44,456 bases of DNA from Acutalibacteraceae bacterium (GCA_045632165.1 JAZQWD010000082.1:1-44456), one strand, 5' to 3'. Counted from the first letter of the stretch, positions 9,209 to 18,814 are shown. Numbers and translations are program-made. Notes: generated by a model from the letters alone, not told the origin.

Positions 9209-10120
9209 CTAATCTATTGTTATGTCATCACCATTAAAATGTAATTCTCCCTGCCAGAGATGAACAGTTTTCCACGAAAGCGGGTTTTCGTCCTTGTCCC
9301 ATGCATGAAAGAATACCGAATATTTACCGTCTTCCTCAATAACTGAACAATGACCCGCACCCTTTACAGTTTCATTAATTGAGAAAATGGGTTGCGGACG
9401 CTTTTCCCAACTGTTTTTATCAAGCGGGTTTTCACCTACAAGCTTAAGCGCTGTAATGCAGTAATTTTCACACCACGATCCTGCCGCAGAATATAAAATA
9501 TATGTATTACCATTATTATAAACCGCGAAAGGTCCCTCATTAATATGCGGTGACCCTATTTCACCGCGTGCGCCTAGCTTTTCCCAATCATATTCGGGGG
9601 TGGATATTAAAACTCGGTCAGAGCAAATTGTTAACGGGTCACTCATTTCGGCAATGTAAATATTTTGGCATATATTCACATTACCTTCCCAACCTGACCA
9701 CACAAAATACATTTTGCCGTCCAATTTAAGTATTGTACCGTCAATAGCCCAATGGTCGCTTTCGTCGGTAATTTTTCCCAGCATTTTATAGCAATTATCC
9801 ATTGGTTCGTTAGAATCGTTTGAAAGCACATACATACGGTGACTAACATTATGACCGGCATCTGCCGCAACATAAATATAGCTTTTACCGTCAATTATAT
9901 GTAGTTCAGGTGCCCAAACATCTGTAGAATATTCGCTGTTTTCTTCAGGTTTAAAGACAAGGGTTGCCTTAGCGTTTTGAAGTCCCTCTACAGTATCGGC
10001 ACAAGCAATACTAACCGATGCTGAATCATCGGTAAAGCAGTGGTAATACTTGCCGTTATGCTTTGTAATAAAGGGATCACGACACTTGGAATTATTGTTG
10101 TGCTGTATTATTTTTTTCAT
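9209..10120 (-). CDS. Glycoside hydrolase family 43 protein, cytoplasmic
   Basis: RDPFITKHNGKYY supplies the catalytic Asp block, WAPELH is present, and INEGPFAV supplies the catalytic Glu block. There is no signal peptide. The track start at 10129 is a GTG inside an AAGGTGA RBS, so ATG 10120 (MKKIIQH) is preferred. Confidence 0.8.
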   Translation of the reverse strand: MKKIIQHNNNSKCRDPFITKHNGKYYHCFTDDSASVSIACADTVEGLQNAKATLVFKPEENSEYSTDVWAPELHIIDGKSYIYVAADAGHNVSHRMYVLSNDSNEPMDNCYKMLGKITDESDHWAIDGTILKLDGKMYFVWSGWEGNVNICQNIYIAEMSDPLTICSDRVLISTPEYDWEKLGARGEIGSPHINEGPFAVYNNGNTYILYSAAGSWCENYCITALKLVGENPLDKNSWEKRPQPIFSINETVKGAGHCSVIEEDGKYSVFFHAWDKDENPLSWKTVHLWQGELHFNGDDITID

Positions 10121-10168
10121 ATTTATCACCTTATATAATTTGTTATTGAACCCTTTAGTTACCCTTAT

Positions 10169-10627
10169 TTATACCAAACGCACTTTTACAATAAGTTTTT
10201 TGGATTTCTTACTGTCACCAACAAGGCAATTTGGCTTGTGGGCATCTTCCGGCATAAATAAAGCAAACTCACCTGCCGACACTTTTAGCATATCAATATT
10301 TTCGCTATCCTCATAAAAAGCGATATCGTGTTCGGCATTATATTCTTCCTTAACAGTAAGGGTATCTGCGGGTGCATATTGCATACCCTCGCTTCCATAG
10401 GTAACCACCTGAATATCAGCATATTTTTTATGTGTTTCAAGCTTTGCCATATCGGGCGATACTAAATTAACCTCGCAAAAAAAGGCATATACCTGACTTC
10501 CATCAATTTCATATTTCTGTGGGGTCAAATCATCAAAATCGGTATTTTTCAAAAAATCTATAGCTTTTTTGAAATTTTCACCATATTTCAACAAGCAATC
10601 AATGTTTTTAAGTGAATCCTTTATCAT
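10169..10627 (-). CDS. YhcH/YjgK/YiaL (DUF386, EbgC-like beta-sandwich) family protein
   Basis: It is 152 aa. KYEIDGSQVYAF...LETHKKYADIQVV..GSE...FALFMPEDAHKP is the typical pattern of this family. Confidence 0.7.
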   Translation of the reverse strand: MIKDSLKNIDCLLKYGENFKKAIDFLKNTDFDDLTPQKYEIDGSQVYAFFCEVNLVSPDMAKLETHKKYADIQVVTYGSEGMQYAPADTLTVKEEYNAEHDIAFYEDSENIDMLKVSAGEFALFMPEDAHKPNCLVGDSKKSKKLIVKVRLV

Positions 10628-10642
10628 AAAACCACTCCGTTT

Positions 10643-11587
10643 TTAATTAAATATAAATTCACAAAATGCAATTTTCTTTCGTTTGTGGGTATAAACAATG
10701 TACGCTTTTTTACCCTTAGACACGATAGACGGATATGAAAATTCACCGTTTTCGGTTTCAAGGTCTAAGATTTTTTCAAAGGTTTTGCCATTATCATTTG
10801 ATAAAAACATCGTTAAGGGTGTTCGCTCTCCCCAATTTTTACCAATCGGGTTGCAAACCAATAAAAGCTTATCTTCAACCGTTACACAGTCGATACCACT
10901 GTTATTGTTTGGAATATCTATCGGATAGCATTGTGACCAGCTTTCACCATAATCAGCGGAATCACTACGGTATATGAAACCTTTGTTTGAACGAAGCAAG
11001 GCGTGAATATTGCCTTCTCCACTTGTCCATAAAGTTGGCTGAATAAGTCCAAGTCCTTCGTTATCACAAACGGGCATATCGCTTTTTTGCCATTTATCAC
11101 CGCTAAATATATCAACAAACGGCCGCCAAGCGCCCTGTTCGGTAGAAGCGGGCGCTAAAATTTTACCGTCAGCTAACCTTATTGGCTTGTTTTTAACGGG
11201 ACCGCGTCCACCAGAAGTGTCGTTTAACACCAATTCCCTAGCTTCAGACCAACTTTTGCCACCATCAAACGACTGCATAACATAGGTTTTCCAGTCGGAT
11301 ATTTTGTGGCCTACTTTATAAAAAAGCGTAAGGGTTTTGCCGTCGGGTGAGAATAAAACAGGGTTCCAATGAGGTATGCCATCGTTTGCAGTGAGCATTA
11401 TAGGCGCTTCCCAAATTTCATCCACACGGCGTGTAAACCAAATTGAAACGTCATCTTTTCCCTCTGCACTACCCGCAAACCAAGCGCTCGCTACAGTATT
11501 ATCATTAAGCACGACTACCGTTGCAGCGTGACATTGTGCAACGGTATCGTTAGTTTCAAATATAAATTGTTTATTAATTAAATCCAT
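10643..11587 (-). CDS. BNR/Asp-box sialidase-fold (BNR_2-like) beta-propeller protein, cytoplasmic
   Basis: Asp-boxes are SFDGGKSWS, SADYGESWS and SNDNGKTFE. There is no signal peptide and no F/YRIP motif. The gap to the upstream aldolase gene is 3 nt. Confidence 0.7.
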   Translation of the reverse strand: MDLINKQFIFETNDTVAQCHAATVVVLNDNTVASAWFAGSAEGKDDVSIWFTRRVDEIWEAPIMLTANDGIPHWNPVLFSPDGKTLTLFYKVGHKISDWKTYVMQSFDGGKSWSEARELVLNDTSGGRGPVKNKPIRLADGKILAPASTEQGAWRPFVDIFSGDKWQKSDMPVCDNEGLGLIQPTLWTSGEGNIHALLRSNKGFIYRSDSADYGESWSQCYPIDIPNNNSGIDCVTVEDKLLLVCNPIGKNWGERTPLTMFLSNDNGKTFEKILDLETENGEFSYPSIVSKGKKAYIVYTHKRKKIAFCEFIFN

Positions 11588-11590
11588 AAT

Positions 11591-12514
11591 TTAAAGCCAT
11601 TCCTTACGCAAACGGTTGGTAAGCGCAAAACGCTGTTCTAACTCGTAACGTTCGGCTTCTGAAACAATACCTTCAGGGCGCGCACGGGTAATGCATGCCT
11701 CAAAAGGTAGACCTTCTTTTTGAAGATATGCCTTTGCCGTAACAGGATAATTGCCATACGAAATACTTGAAAGTACACCTAATATATCCTGAAGCTCCTG
11801 AGCTTTTTCATAATCACCATTATCGGCAAGCTCCATAAGCTTTACGTAAAGGTCGGGATGATAGTTTGCCATAACACCGCAAAGACCTGCGGCGCCATCC
11901 TTAACGCTGTCGAGAAGTGTTGCGGAGTTTGCATTGAATATTTGAAATCTTGAACCCTTAACTGCCTCAAGTTTGGGCTTGATATCGGTAACTGAACAGC
12001 TTGTATCCTTCATAAACACAAATCGGTCGCTTTCAGCGCAAAAACGAAGCAATTCAGGGGATGCAAACTTTTGGTAAGGCACGGGGCATTCGTAAAGACC
12101 TAAATCTATATCGGGAATAGCCTTCATAACACTTTCCAAATTGCGTAAAATCACACTTTCATCATCGTTTTCTTCTGCTAAACGGCTTGTAATAAGCACC
12201 AAAGCCTTCGCACCTGTATCAGCCAAGGCTTTAAGCTCGTCGATACCCTTTGCGGTCGGAAGCATAGTATGTCCCGAAACAACAACATCCACACCCTTGG
12301 GTGCAGCTTCAACAGTGGTTTTTGAAATTAAAACTCTTTCTTCAAGCGAAAGACCAAAAATTTCACTTGAAAGACAGGAAGCAAAAATACCCTGACAGCC
12401 CTTATCGGCATACCATTGTGTCAATGCCTTAACACCGCCAACATCTACCCTGCCATCCTTGGTAAGTGGGGTAAGCATTGCGGGATAAATACCACGATTT
12501 ACAGTGTTTTTCAT
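11591..12514 (-). CDS. DHDPS/N-acetylneuraminate-lyase family class I aldolase, divergent clade
   Basis: By eye it aligns to DapA/NanA. AMLTPL matches the xxTP block, LYECP matches YN(I/V)P, and FMKDTS matches G(I/V)K(E/Q)(A/T)(S/T), which holds the Schiff-base Lys. The GxTGE block is replaced by CLSSE. Confidence 0.75.
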   Translation of the reverse strand: MKNTVNRGIYPAMLTPLTKDGRVDVGGVKALTQWYADKGCQGIFASCLSSEIFGLSLEERVLISKTTVEAAPKGVDVVVSGHTMLPTAKGIDELKALADTGAKALVLITSRLAEENDDESVILRNLESVMKAIPDIDLGLYECPVPYQKFASPELLRFCAESDRFVFMKDTSCSVTDIKPKLEAVKGSRFQIFNANSATLLDSVKDGAAGLCGVMANYHPDLYVKLMELADNGDYEKAQELQDILGVLSSISYGNYPVTAKAYLQKEGLPFEACITRARPEGIVSEAERYELEQRFALTNRLRKEWL

Positions 12515-12531
12515 AAAGCTATTTCTCCTTT

Positions 12532-13497
12532 TTATTCACCGGTAAGACCAGAACGTTCTATACCTTGTATAAATTGTTTTTGTAATAATGCGTATATAAG
12601 CAACACGGGAAGCACCACTATAAAGGTACCAGCCATTAAAACCGCGTTGTTAATTGTATTTGTGTCAGTAACACCATAATTGGTTTCCAAAACATCGGCG
12701 GAAAAAAGCCTCAAGGTGTCAGAAATGGCCTGTAAGCGCATAGAAAGCATTGCCATATCACTTTTATTAATGTACATGCTCGGCTCGAAGAAATCGCTCC
12801 AATGCCATACAAGTGCCAATACCAAAACCACGATATAAATTGAACGTGCAACAGGAAATACAATATACAAGAACGTGCGTATAAAGCCGCAGCCGTCAAC
12901 ACGGGCGGCTTCTTCGAGCTCACGCGGTTGACTTAAAAAGAATTGGCGGAAAATGTAAATAAACAATGCGCCCTTTAAGCCAAAACCAAAAAAAGCTGGT
13001 ATTGTAAGGGGAAAATATGTATTTAGCCAACCCATATTTGCATACAAAAGATATTGCGGAACAATTATTGTTTGAGGTGGTACAAGCATTGCCAAAATCA
13101 TAAAGAAAAATGCAAACTTGTGTCCAAAACTGTTATAGCGCGCTAAAGAATACCCCGCCATTGAACATGAGATTAACTGACCAAGCGTAGCAAGTGCAGT
13201 AACAAGCACCGTGTTTTTAATATTGTTCCAATAACCCATAATGGTTGCCGCCAGTTTATAATTGCTTAAATGAATACTGCGCGGTATCCACATTACAAGT
13301 GGGTTATTTAGGTCGGCATTACTTTTAATTGAGGTTATTACCATATAAAGAAACGGGTAAAGGAAAATGTAAGCCAAACCAAGCATTACAACATATAAAA
13401 GAACTTTAGGCAATATTTTGCAGACCTTCAGCCAAATATTATGCTTTGGCTTTAACAATGCAGCGCCACCCATGGTATGAAGTTTATTTATTTTCAT
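12532..13497 (-). CDS. Carbohydrate ABC transporter permease (CUT1, MalG-like), second pair
   Basis: It has multiple TM segments and the EAA loop LEEAARVDGCGFIRTFLYIVFPVARS. Confidence 0.85.
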   Translation of the reverse strand: MKINKLHTMGGAALLKPKHNIWLKVCKILPKVLLYVVMLGLAYIFLYPFLYMVITSIKSNADLNNPLVMWIPRSIHLSNYKLAATIMGYWNNIKNTVLVTALATLGQLISCSMAGYSLARYNSFGHKFAFFFMILAMLVPPQTIIVPQYLLYANMGWLNTYFPLTIPAFFGFGLKGALFIYIFRQFFLSQPRELEEAARVDGCGFIRTFLYIVFPVARSIYIVVLVLALVWHWSDFFEPSMYINKSDMAMLSMRLQAISDTLRLFSADVLETNYGVTDTNTINNAVLMAGTFIVVLPVLLIYALLQKQFIQGIERSGLTGE

Positions 13498-13503
13498 TAT
13501 AGC

Positions 13504-14388
13504 TTACCTCCCATACCCTTGGTTGTGTCGCACATAGCTACCGATTATAAGAATTATAAGACCGATAAGCACTAAAATAAACGCAAAATATACCCAACCC
13601 ATTGCCGAAGCATAGCCGTGCATACCGTATTTTATAGTCTGCTCAGAGATATACTCAAGCACCTGATTAGAACTGTCGGTAAATGAAGCAATAACCGTAT
13701 AAACCAAATTAAGCAGTACGATTGGCGAAACCATTGGAAGTGTAATTTTCCAAAAAATTTCATAAGCGTTTGCGCCGTCAATTTTTGCCGATTCATATAA
13801 TGCGGGTGAAATGCCAAGTATTGCCGACAAAAACAAAATTATTTGTACACTGCTTTGCCACAAAAGGCGAATAATTGAACTGAAAAGCATATCTAAAAGT
13901 TCTACAATACTGCTGCCAAGGTATAATAACCATTCACGCGGTATAATACTGCTGTTTGCAAGGGAAATAATTTGTTCATCAACACCCTGTGTCAAAAGCT
14001 GTGTCATTACCTCACCCGTACCAAGCACAAAGGGTAAAATAAATGCCACACGAAAAAAACCTTTACCACGGTCGATTTTACTTAACATAACCGCCAAAAT
14101 AAGTGAAAAAATCACTATTAAGGGTGAATTAATAAGTGTAGACTTAATAACCTCTAACAACCTTGGTACAAAATTTACATCTTCAAAAAACGCTTTTTTA
14201 TAATTTCCAAAGCCCTCAACTAAAATTGAAAAGCCAGTTTTGGTGGGATCTAAATCACCAAAGCTTAAAAGCAATGAAGAAATAACAGGAAATAGAAAAA
14301 ATATGCAAATACCTATCAAAAATGGTGACAGGTAAAACAAGCCTATAAGCTTATCCTTTGTTTGCCTTGAAATTTTTATTTGTTTCAT
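13504..14388 (-). CDS. Carbohydrate ABC transporter permease (CUT1, MalF-like), second pair
   Basis: It has the EAA loop LYESAKIDGANAYEIFWKITLPMVSP and the typical N-terminus LFYLSPFLIGICIFFLFPV. Confidence 0.85.
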   Translation of the reverse strand: MKQIKISRQTKDKLIGLFYLSPFLIGICIFFLFPVISSLLLSFGDLDPTKTGFSILVEGFGNYKKAFFEDVNFVPRLLEVIKSTLINSPLIVIFSLILAVMLSKIDRGKGFFRVAFILPFVLGTGEVMTQLLTQGVDEQIISLANSSIIPREWLLYLGSSIVELLDMLFSSIIRLLWQSSVQIILFLSAILGISPALYESAKIDGANAYEIFWKITLPMVSPIVLLNLVYTVIASFTDSSNQVLEYISEQTIKYGMHGYASAMGWVYFAFILVLIGLIILIIGSYVRHNQGYGR

Positions 14389-14416
14389 AAAACAAAGCTT
14401 TCTCCTTTCCTGTTAT

Positions 14417-16618
14417 TTATGCCGCCAATACAACATAATTTCTTGACGGTACGGTCTTACCTAAGATTTGAGTATCGGTATTACCGTAATTAATTAAAAC
14501 CTTATAACCGTTTTCGTATGTTAATGTAACCACATCGCCGTTACGCTCGTGCATAACTATAGACTGACCAATAACGTCATTTAAGCGACTGCTCATATCC
14601 TTATAAATCTTAAGCGCACGGTCTCCCCATTTGCTAAACTGACTTGAAAATAGCTTGTTATAGCTTGTATCAATAAGCTTTTTAGGACTGTTTTCAGTTA
14701 ATTCAAAGTAAGGCATAGCGCTGTGCTCTATCCACTGTAGACAAAGTAGCTGCAAATCGCCTGACTGATTACCTGCCGTTGTAGTATGGGGAATAACACC
14801 GCTTATAATCATTGAATACCAAGGTATTGCTTCATCGGTCATTTGTTGCATTGAACAAGTCATAGGAATATCATAAACCTGATTAACCGAAGAAAGCATA
14901 TATAAGTTACCGCCCTGACTAGCTGTAACATTTTTATTTTGGCTCATTTCTTGCCATAAAACCATTGTGTCGGTACGGGTAACTGTGCGTGACTTACTGT
15001 AATCGGGATAAACCTTACTACCAACCGACGCCAATGCAATTTCAATCGAATTATACTTTTTAAGCTTAGCAAGTGCACCATTCAACTTGTTTTTAGATAC
15101 TATAGGTGATAAAAGGTAAGCATCCTCGTCTTCGTTTGTAATCGGCATGGTTGATTCCTTAACCGCAACATAACGGTTTTTAGCCGATTCTAAAAGTTCA
15201 ATTTCAAGCAATACATTAAATCTGCTGTCCTTTTTAGCTAGGGCAGAAAGTTTTTTAAGTCCGCCGTTACCGCCTAATTGCGATGCCGGCTTAAAGGATT
15301 TATTAGCCGAAGCATAGCCACCCTTGTTCCAGCCGCGAAGTCTTACCTGAAGGTTTTGAACACCGTCATTTAAAAGGTCTTGACTTATACTTTCAACATA
15401 GTCGAAGCTAGTCATTTCAACAAAGGGGTTAATTAAGGCATTTTGCTTTTCAATACCCATAAACATATTAAGGTAAAGCCCCATTGTGTCAACCGAATTA
15501 TTTTCATTAACAAGCTTATTTGAAACCAAATAGTCACGGTAAGCATTTGCCATACCACTGTAATTTGCCTTGTCATCACGCAAAAGGAAATATGTAACCT
15601 CGCGGTCAAGGGGCAATGGCTTTTCATCAACCTTTACACCAAAGGTTTCATCACCGCCTACAGTACCCGTAATGCTTGATAAAAAGATTTTATACTCATT
15701 GCGGTATACCATTTCAAAGCCCGCACGGTGAATGGGAATTTCCGAATTTGAAACAGCGGTATTAACATTAATACGAGCGCTTTCGCTACCCTTTGTAATA
15801 GCTGCCATAATGCCTAAATCATTATTTTTAATGCCATAAATTGGCAACATTGCGGTTGCCGGCTTATCCTCTTCCAAAATTGTTTCAAGGTTAAGTGTAT
15901 CATAAATATCTAAGGCAATTGCCTGTGTATAGGCATGCTTTTCATCCGCTCTGTCAAAATAACTGATAGCACCGCTACCGTCGGGATAAACTATATAGCC
16001 GTCAGCATTACTAGCACTAGTTACAGCACTGAAAAATGGCAAAACATCAACCGATTTAATAACAAAATCGCCATTTTCTTTTATATCCTTTGAAGGAATA
16101 CTTGCAATAATACGTTCACCGTCTAATTTAATTTCAAGTGCCATTGTCACATCAATAACCTTAAAATCAATTTCAAATCGAATACCATTTTCAAACGAGA
16201 AAGCCTTTATACTATTAAAACCTTCAGCGGAATAGCTTTTCATATTGTTTGCGCGTGTTGCGTCACGCGCAATATAATTCACCGACAAAGCTGACTGCAT
16301 ATAGGACTTCCAAAGATTTGAAACTTCCTCCATACTGCCATAATTTTCTTCGGTCATGCCTGAAAACCACAAATGCTCATTTGTGTTAGCATCTGCAATA
16401 CAAAATATGTTACTTTGCGGATTTAACAATAATGAATAAAAAGAATTACGGCAAATTTCTATATAATTATCGCCCTGCTCAGCTATAGGGGCATACCTTA
16501 CACTTTCTACGGGCGCCTTAGCCATACCGTTAAGGCTTGATGCCTGAGTTGGTAATACCACAACCGCTAAAAGAACTGTCAAAACTATAGCAACACAGCG
16601 AACGTAACGGTTAAACAT
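14417..16618 (-). CDS. Secreted 733-aa protein of unknown function (possibly DUF5696-type; family name from memory only)
   Basis: The signal peptide is MFNRYVRCVAIVLTVLLAVVVLPTQA/SS. I recognise no catalytic motif. The gene lies between the NHL-Yip1 gene and the second permease pair. The coding call is strong (2.2-kb ORF with tight spacing), but the functional call is weak. Confidence 0.5.
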   Translation of the reverse strand: MFNRYVRCVAIVLTVLLAVVVLPTQASSLNGMAKAPVESVRYAPIAEQGDNYIEICRNSFYSLLLNPQSNIFCIADANTNEHLWFSGMTEENYGSMEEVSNLWKSYMQSALSVNYIARDATRANNMKSYSAEGFNSIKAFSFENGIRFEIDFKVIDVTMALEIKLDGERIIASIPSKDIKENGDFVIKSVDVLPFFSAVTSASNADGYIVYPDGSGAISYFDRADEKHAYTQAIALDIYDTLNLETILEEDKPATAMLPIYGIKNNDLGIMAAITKGSESARINVNTAVSNSEIPIHRAGFEMVYRNEYKIFLSSITGTVGGDETFGVKVDEKPLPLDREVTYFLLRDDKANYSGMANAYRDYLVSNKLVNENNSVDTMGLYLNMFMGIEKQNALINPFVEMTSFDYVESISQDLLNDGVQNLQVRLRGWNKGGYASANKSFKPASQLGGNGGLKKLSALAKKDSRFNVLLEIELLESAKNRYVAVKESTMPITNEDEDAYLLSPIVSKNKLNGALAKLKKYNSIEIALASVGSKVYPDYSKSRTVTRTDTMVLWQEMSQNKNVTASQGGNLYMLSSVNQVYDIPMTCSMQQMTDEAIPWYSMIISGVIPHTTTAGNQSGDLQLLCLQWIEHSAMPYFELTENSPKKLIDTSYNKLFSSQFSKWGDRALKIYKDMSSRLNDVIGQSIVMHERNGDVVTLTYENGYKVLINYGNTDTQILGKTVPSRNYVVLAA

Positions 16619-16654
16619 TCTTTAAATCGTCCTTTCCGAAAAATTTTGCAATAA

Positions 16655-18784
16655 CTATATAACAAATTGCGCTTCAATAATAATATCATTTACAAGTTGA
16701 ACGAGACATACAACCAAGGAATAAGCAAACAAAGCAACAAACCATATTAAAACAACCGCAACTAAGGTAACAAGGCAAACCGCTATTGTATGACCCAAAG
16801 TATAGTCGTTCAAATGCCTTACTGCGCGGAACAACAACCAAATCATCCAAATAGTTACACCGTTTACTAAAACGGCATAGAAGCCTGTTTCATTCCAACA
16901 CATAACCTGTGAAAACAAGTCTGCAAGTAAGGTAACTAAAATGTATGGTATTAAAGTAAATCCGCCTGCAATAAAGTTTTGCTTTAATGTAGATTCACCA
17001 TCAAACTGCGCTGAAATTAGAAAAACTGCGCCTATCCAAGTAAGAATTGGTAAAAGAAGCTTTACAAATTCCAAAAACAAGTTCATTTCATCAGGATCAA
17101 TATCCTGCATAGGATAATGCACCGTAAACACAAAGAAGATTCTAACAGCAAAGGCCAGAATAACAAGCACAGCAGGTACAGCCACACTAATACGACCTCT
17201 GTTATACTTTATAGCTTCAAATGTGCGAACGGGATGATTTAAAATATTCATACCAAAAAGCAGACTATCCTTAAAGCCAAGGGTATGCTTTCGGCCAAGT
17301 TCAAAATCAACCAAAACCTTTTTTGAAGAACCCATAACAAGCCTAAGTCCAACCACTAAGGCCACCGCAAAAGCAATTACTATAAGAGCGATAAGCCAAA
17401 AGTTTTGCTTTATTATTTCATAACGAAACTCCGAAAAAGCTTTTGAATATTCCAATCGGTCTTCGGAATATTTGAAATGCTCCATAGCGGTTTTCCAGTC
17501 CCCCGCCTTCATAGCGGTTAGACCCGCACCGAAGTGTGTCATAGGATAGGTTTCATCAATTTCAAGCACCGCTTTCCATAAAGCGTCAGCTTCCTCATAT
17601 TTGCCTTCGTTATAGGCAATGGTTGCTTTTTGTACTGTTGTGATAAAATTAGAAGGCTCTAATACCGTAATATTACCGTAGCTTTGGTCCAGAACATACA
17701 AGCGACCTTCATCATCCACTACCATAGATGACGGTAGATAGAATTCACCCTGATCAGTACCCTTGCCACCAAATACTGCAAGCAGATTTCCTTGCGCATC
17801 GTACTGATAAATTTTACAGGTATTGGCCTCGATAACAGTTACCGTACCATTTTTGTCAACGCAAATGTCGGCAAATATAGCAGGCATACCTTCTTCGGTA
17901 ACCTCACCGTAGGTAAAGCTTTTAGACTGAATATTACCGCTAAACAAACGGCTTACAAGGGTTTTAATGGCTTGCCAATCGTTAGCAAGTGTGCCGACCT
18001 TGCGATAAATATTATTACCAACAGTGTTTAAAACCTTAATTTGTCCTTCTTGAGTATCACGGCTAACAGCATAAATCATACCGCGGCTGTCAAGACAAAA
18101 ATTAGTGTAGGGGTCAGCGTTACGCTTTTCAATACTTTGCTTTTGTACATCAGATGCCACAAGGCGTAAAAGCCAGTCAGTAAAGTCAAAACCAATATCG
18201 GACTGACCAATAAAACCGCGGAAGGTATTTTGGCTGTCCAAAAGCATTATATTTTCTCCCATAAGTACATAAACCGCACCTGTGGCAGACATACCGATTT
18301 TAGTAGGTGAATAGGTTTGAACGTCCGAAAGCATGGGTGATTCAGGCATACCGTATGTATTAACAGTTTCACCCTTTGGATTTAACTGAACAATGCGCGA
18401 ATTGCCCGTATCGCTTATATAAAGGTCGCCCGTTTCGGAAACAAAAACACCCTGTGGTTCGTTAAATGCTATGCCGTCGCTTTCGGTAATTTGTGCTACA
18501 AATTCACCTTTTTTTGTCATTTTAACCACACGGTTATTTTTAGTATCAGCCACATATAAATAACCCTGATTATCCAAGAACAAGTCGGTCGGTTGGTTAA
18601 AATGGCTTATTTCACCATTATTTGTAACGGTGTTAATACTGTACGAATAGTCATACACTTCCGGTATTGCTATAATTTCGCCGTTATTAATCGTATAATT
18701 CGTTTCCTTTGCCGATACTGTAACCGAAAACAGTAACGAAAGTATACAAAGCAAAACTATAACCCTGCTTATTCGTTTCTTCAT
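16655..18784 (-). CDS. Exported NHL-repeat beta-propeller, TPR-like linker and C-terminal Yip1-type polytopic membrane domain, fused in one protein
   Basis: NHL-like blades include FNQPTDLFLDNQGYLYVADTKNNRVVKMTKKGE, FNEPQGVFVSETGDLYISDTGNSRIVQLNPKGE and FYLPSSMVVDDEGRLYVLDQSYGNITVL. A TPR-like stretch is YNEGKYEEADALWKAVLEID...AMKAGDWKTAMEHF. About 6 hydrophobic helices follow in the last 250 aa. I prefer the ATG at 18784 (MKKRISRVIV..., GGAAAGGA RBS) over the track start at 18808. Confidence 0.65.
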   Translation of the reverse strand: MKKRISRVIVLLCILSLLFSVTVSAKETNYTINNGEIIAIPEVYDYSYSINTVTNNGEISHFNQPTDLFLDNQGYLYVADTKNNRVVKMTKKGEFVAQITESDGIAFNEPQGVFVSETGDLYISDTGNSRIVQLNPKGETVNTYGMPESPMLSDVQTYSPTKIGMSATGAVYVLMGENIMLLDSQNTFRGFIGQSDIGFDFTDWLLRLVASDVQKQSIEKRNADPYTNFCLDSRGMIYAVSRDTQEGQIKVLNTVGNNIYRKVGTLANDWQAIKTLVSRLFSGNIQSKSFTYGEVTEEGMPAIFADICVDKNGTVTVIEANTCKIYQYDAQGNLLAVFGGKGTDQGEFYLPSSMVVDDEGRLYVLDQSYGNITVLEPSNFITTVQKATIAYNEGKYEEADALWKAVLEIDETYPMTHFGAGLTAMKAGDWKTAMEHFKYSEDRLEYSKAFSEFRYEIIKQNFWLIALIVIAFAVALVVGLRLVMGSSKKVLVDFELGRKHTLGFKDSLLFGMNILNHPVRTFEAIKYNRGRISVAVPAVLVILAFAVRIFFVFTVHYPMQDIDPDEMNLFLEFVKLLLPILTWIGAVFLISAQFDGESTLKQNFIAGGFTLIPYILVTLLADLFSQVMCWNETGFYAVLVNGVTIWMIWLLFRAVRHLNDYTLGHTIAVCLVTLVAVVLIWFVALFAYSLVVCLVQLVNDIIIEAQFVI

Positions 18785-18814
18785 ACCGAAAAATCCTTTC
18801 CGTTGCATTCCTAA

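Noticed and set aside
10643-11587. Calling the three BNR proteins bona fide exo-alpha-sialidases (GH33)
   Set aside because: Asp-boxes only indicate the propeller fold. I could not find the F/YRIP motif in any of the three, and two are cytoplasmic. I therefore annotate the fold only and leave substrate specificity open.
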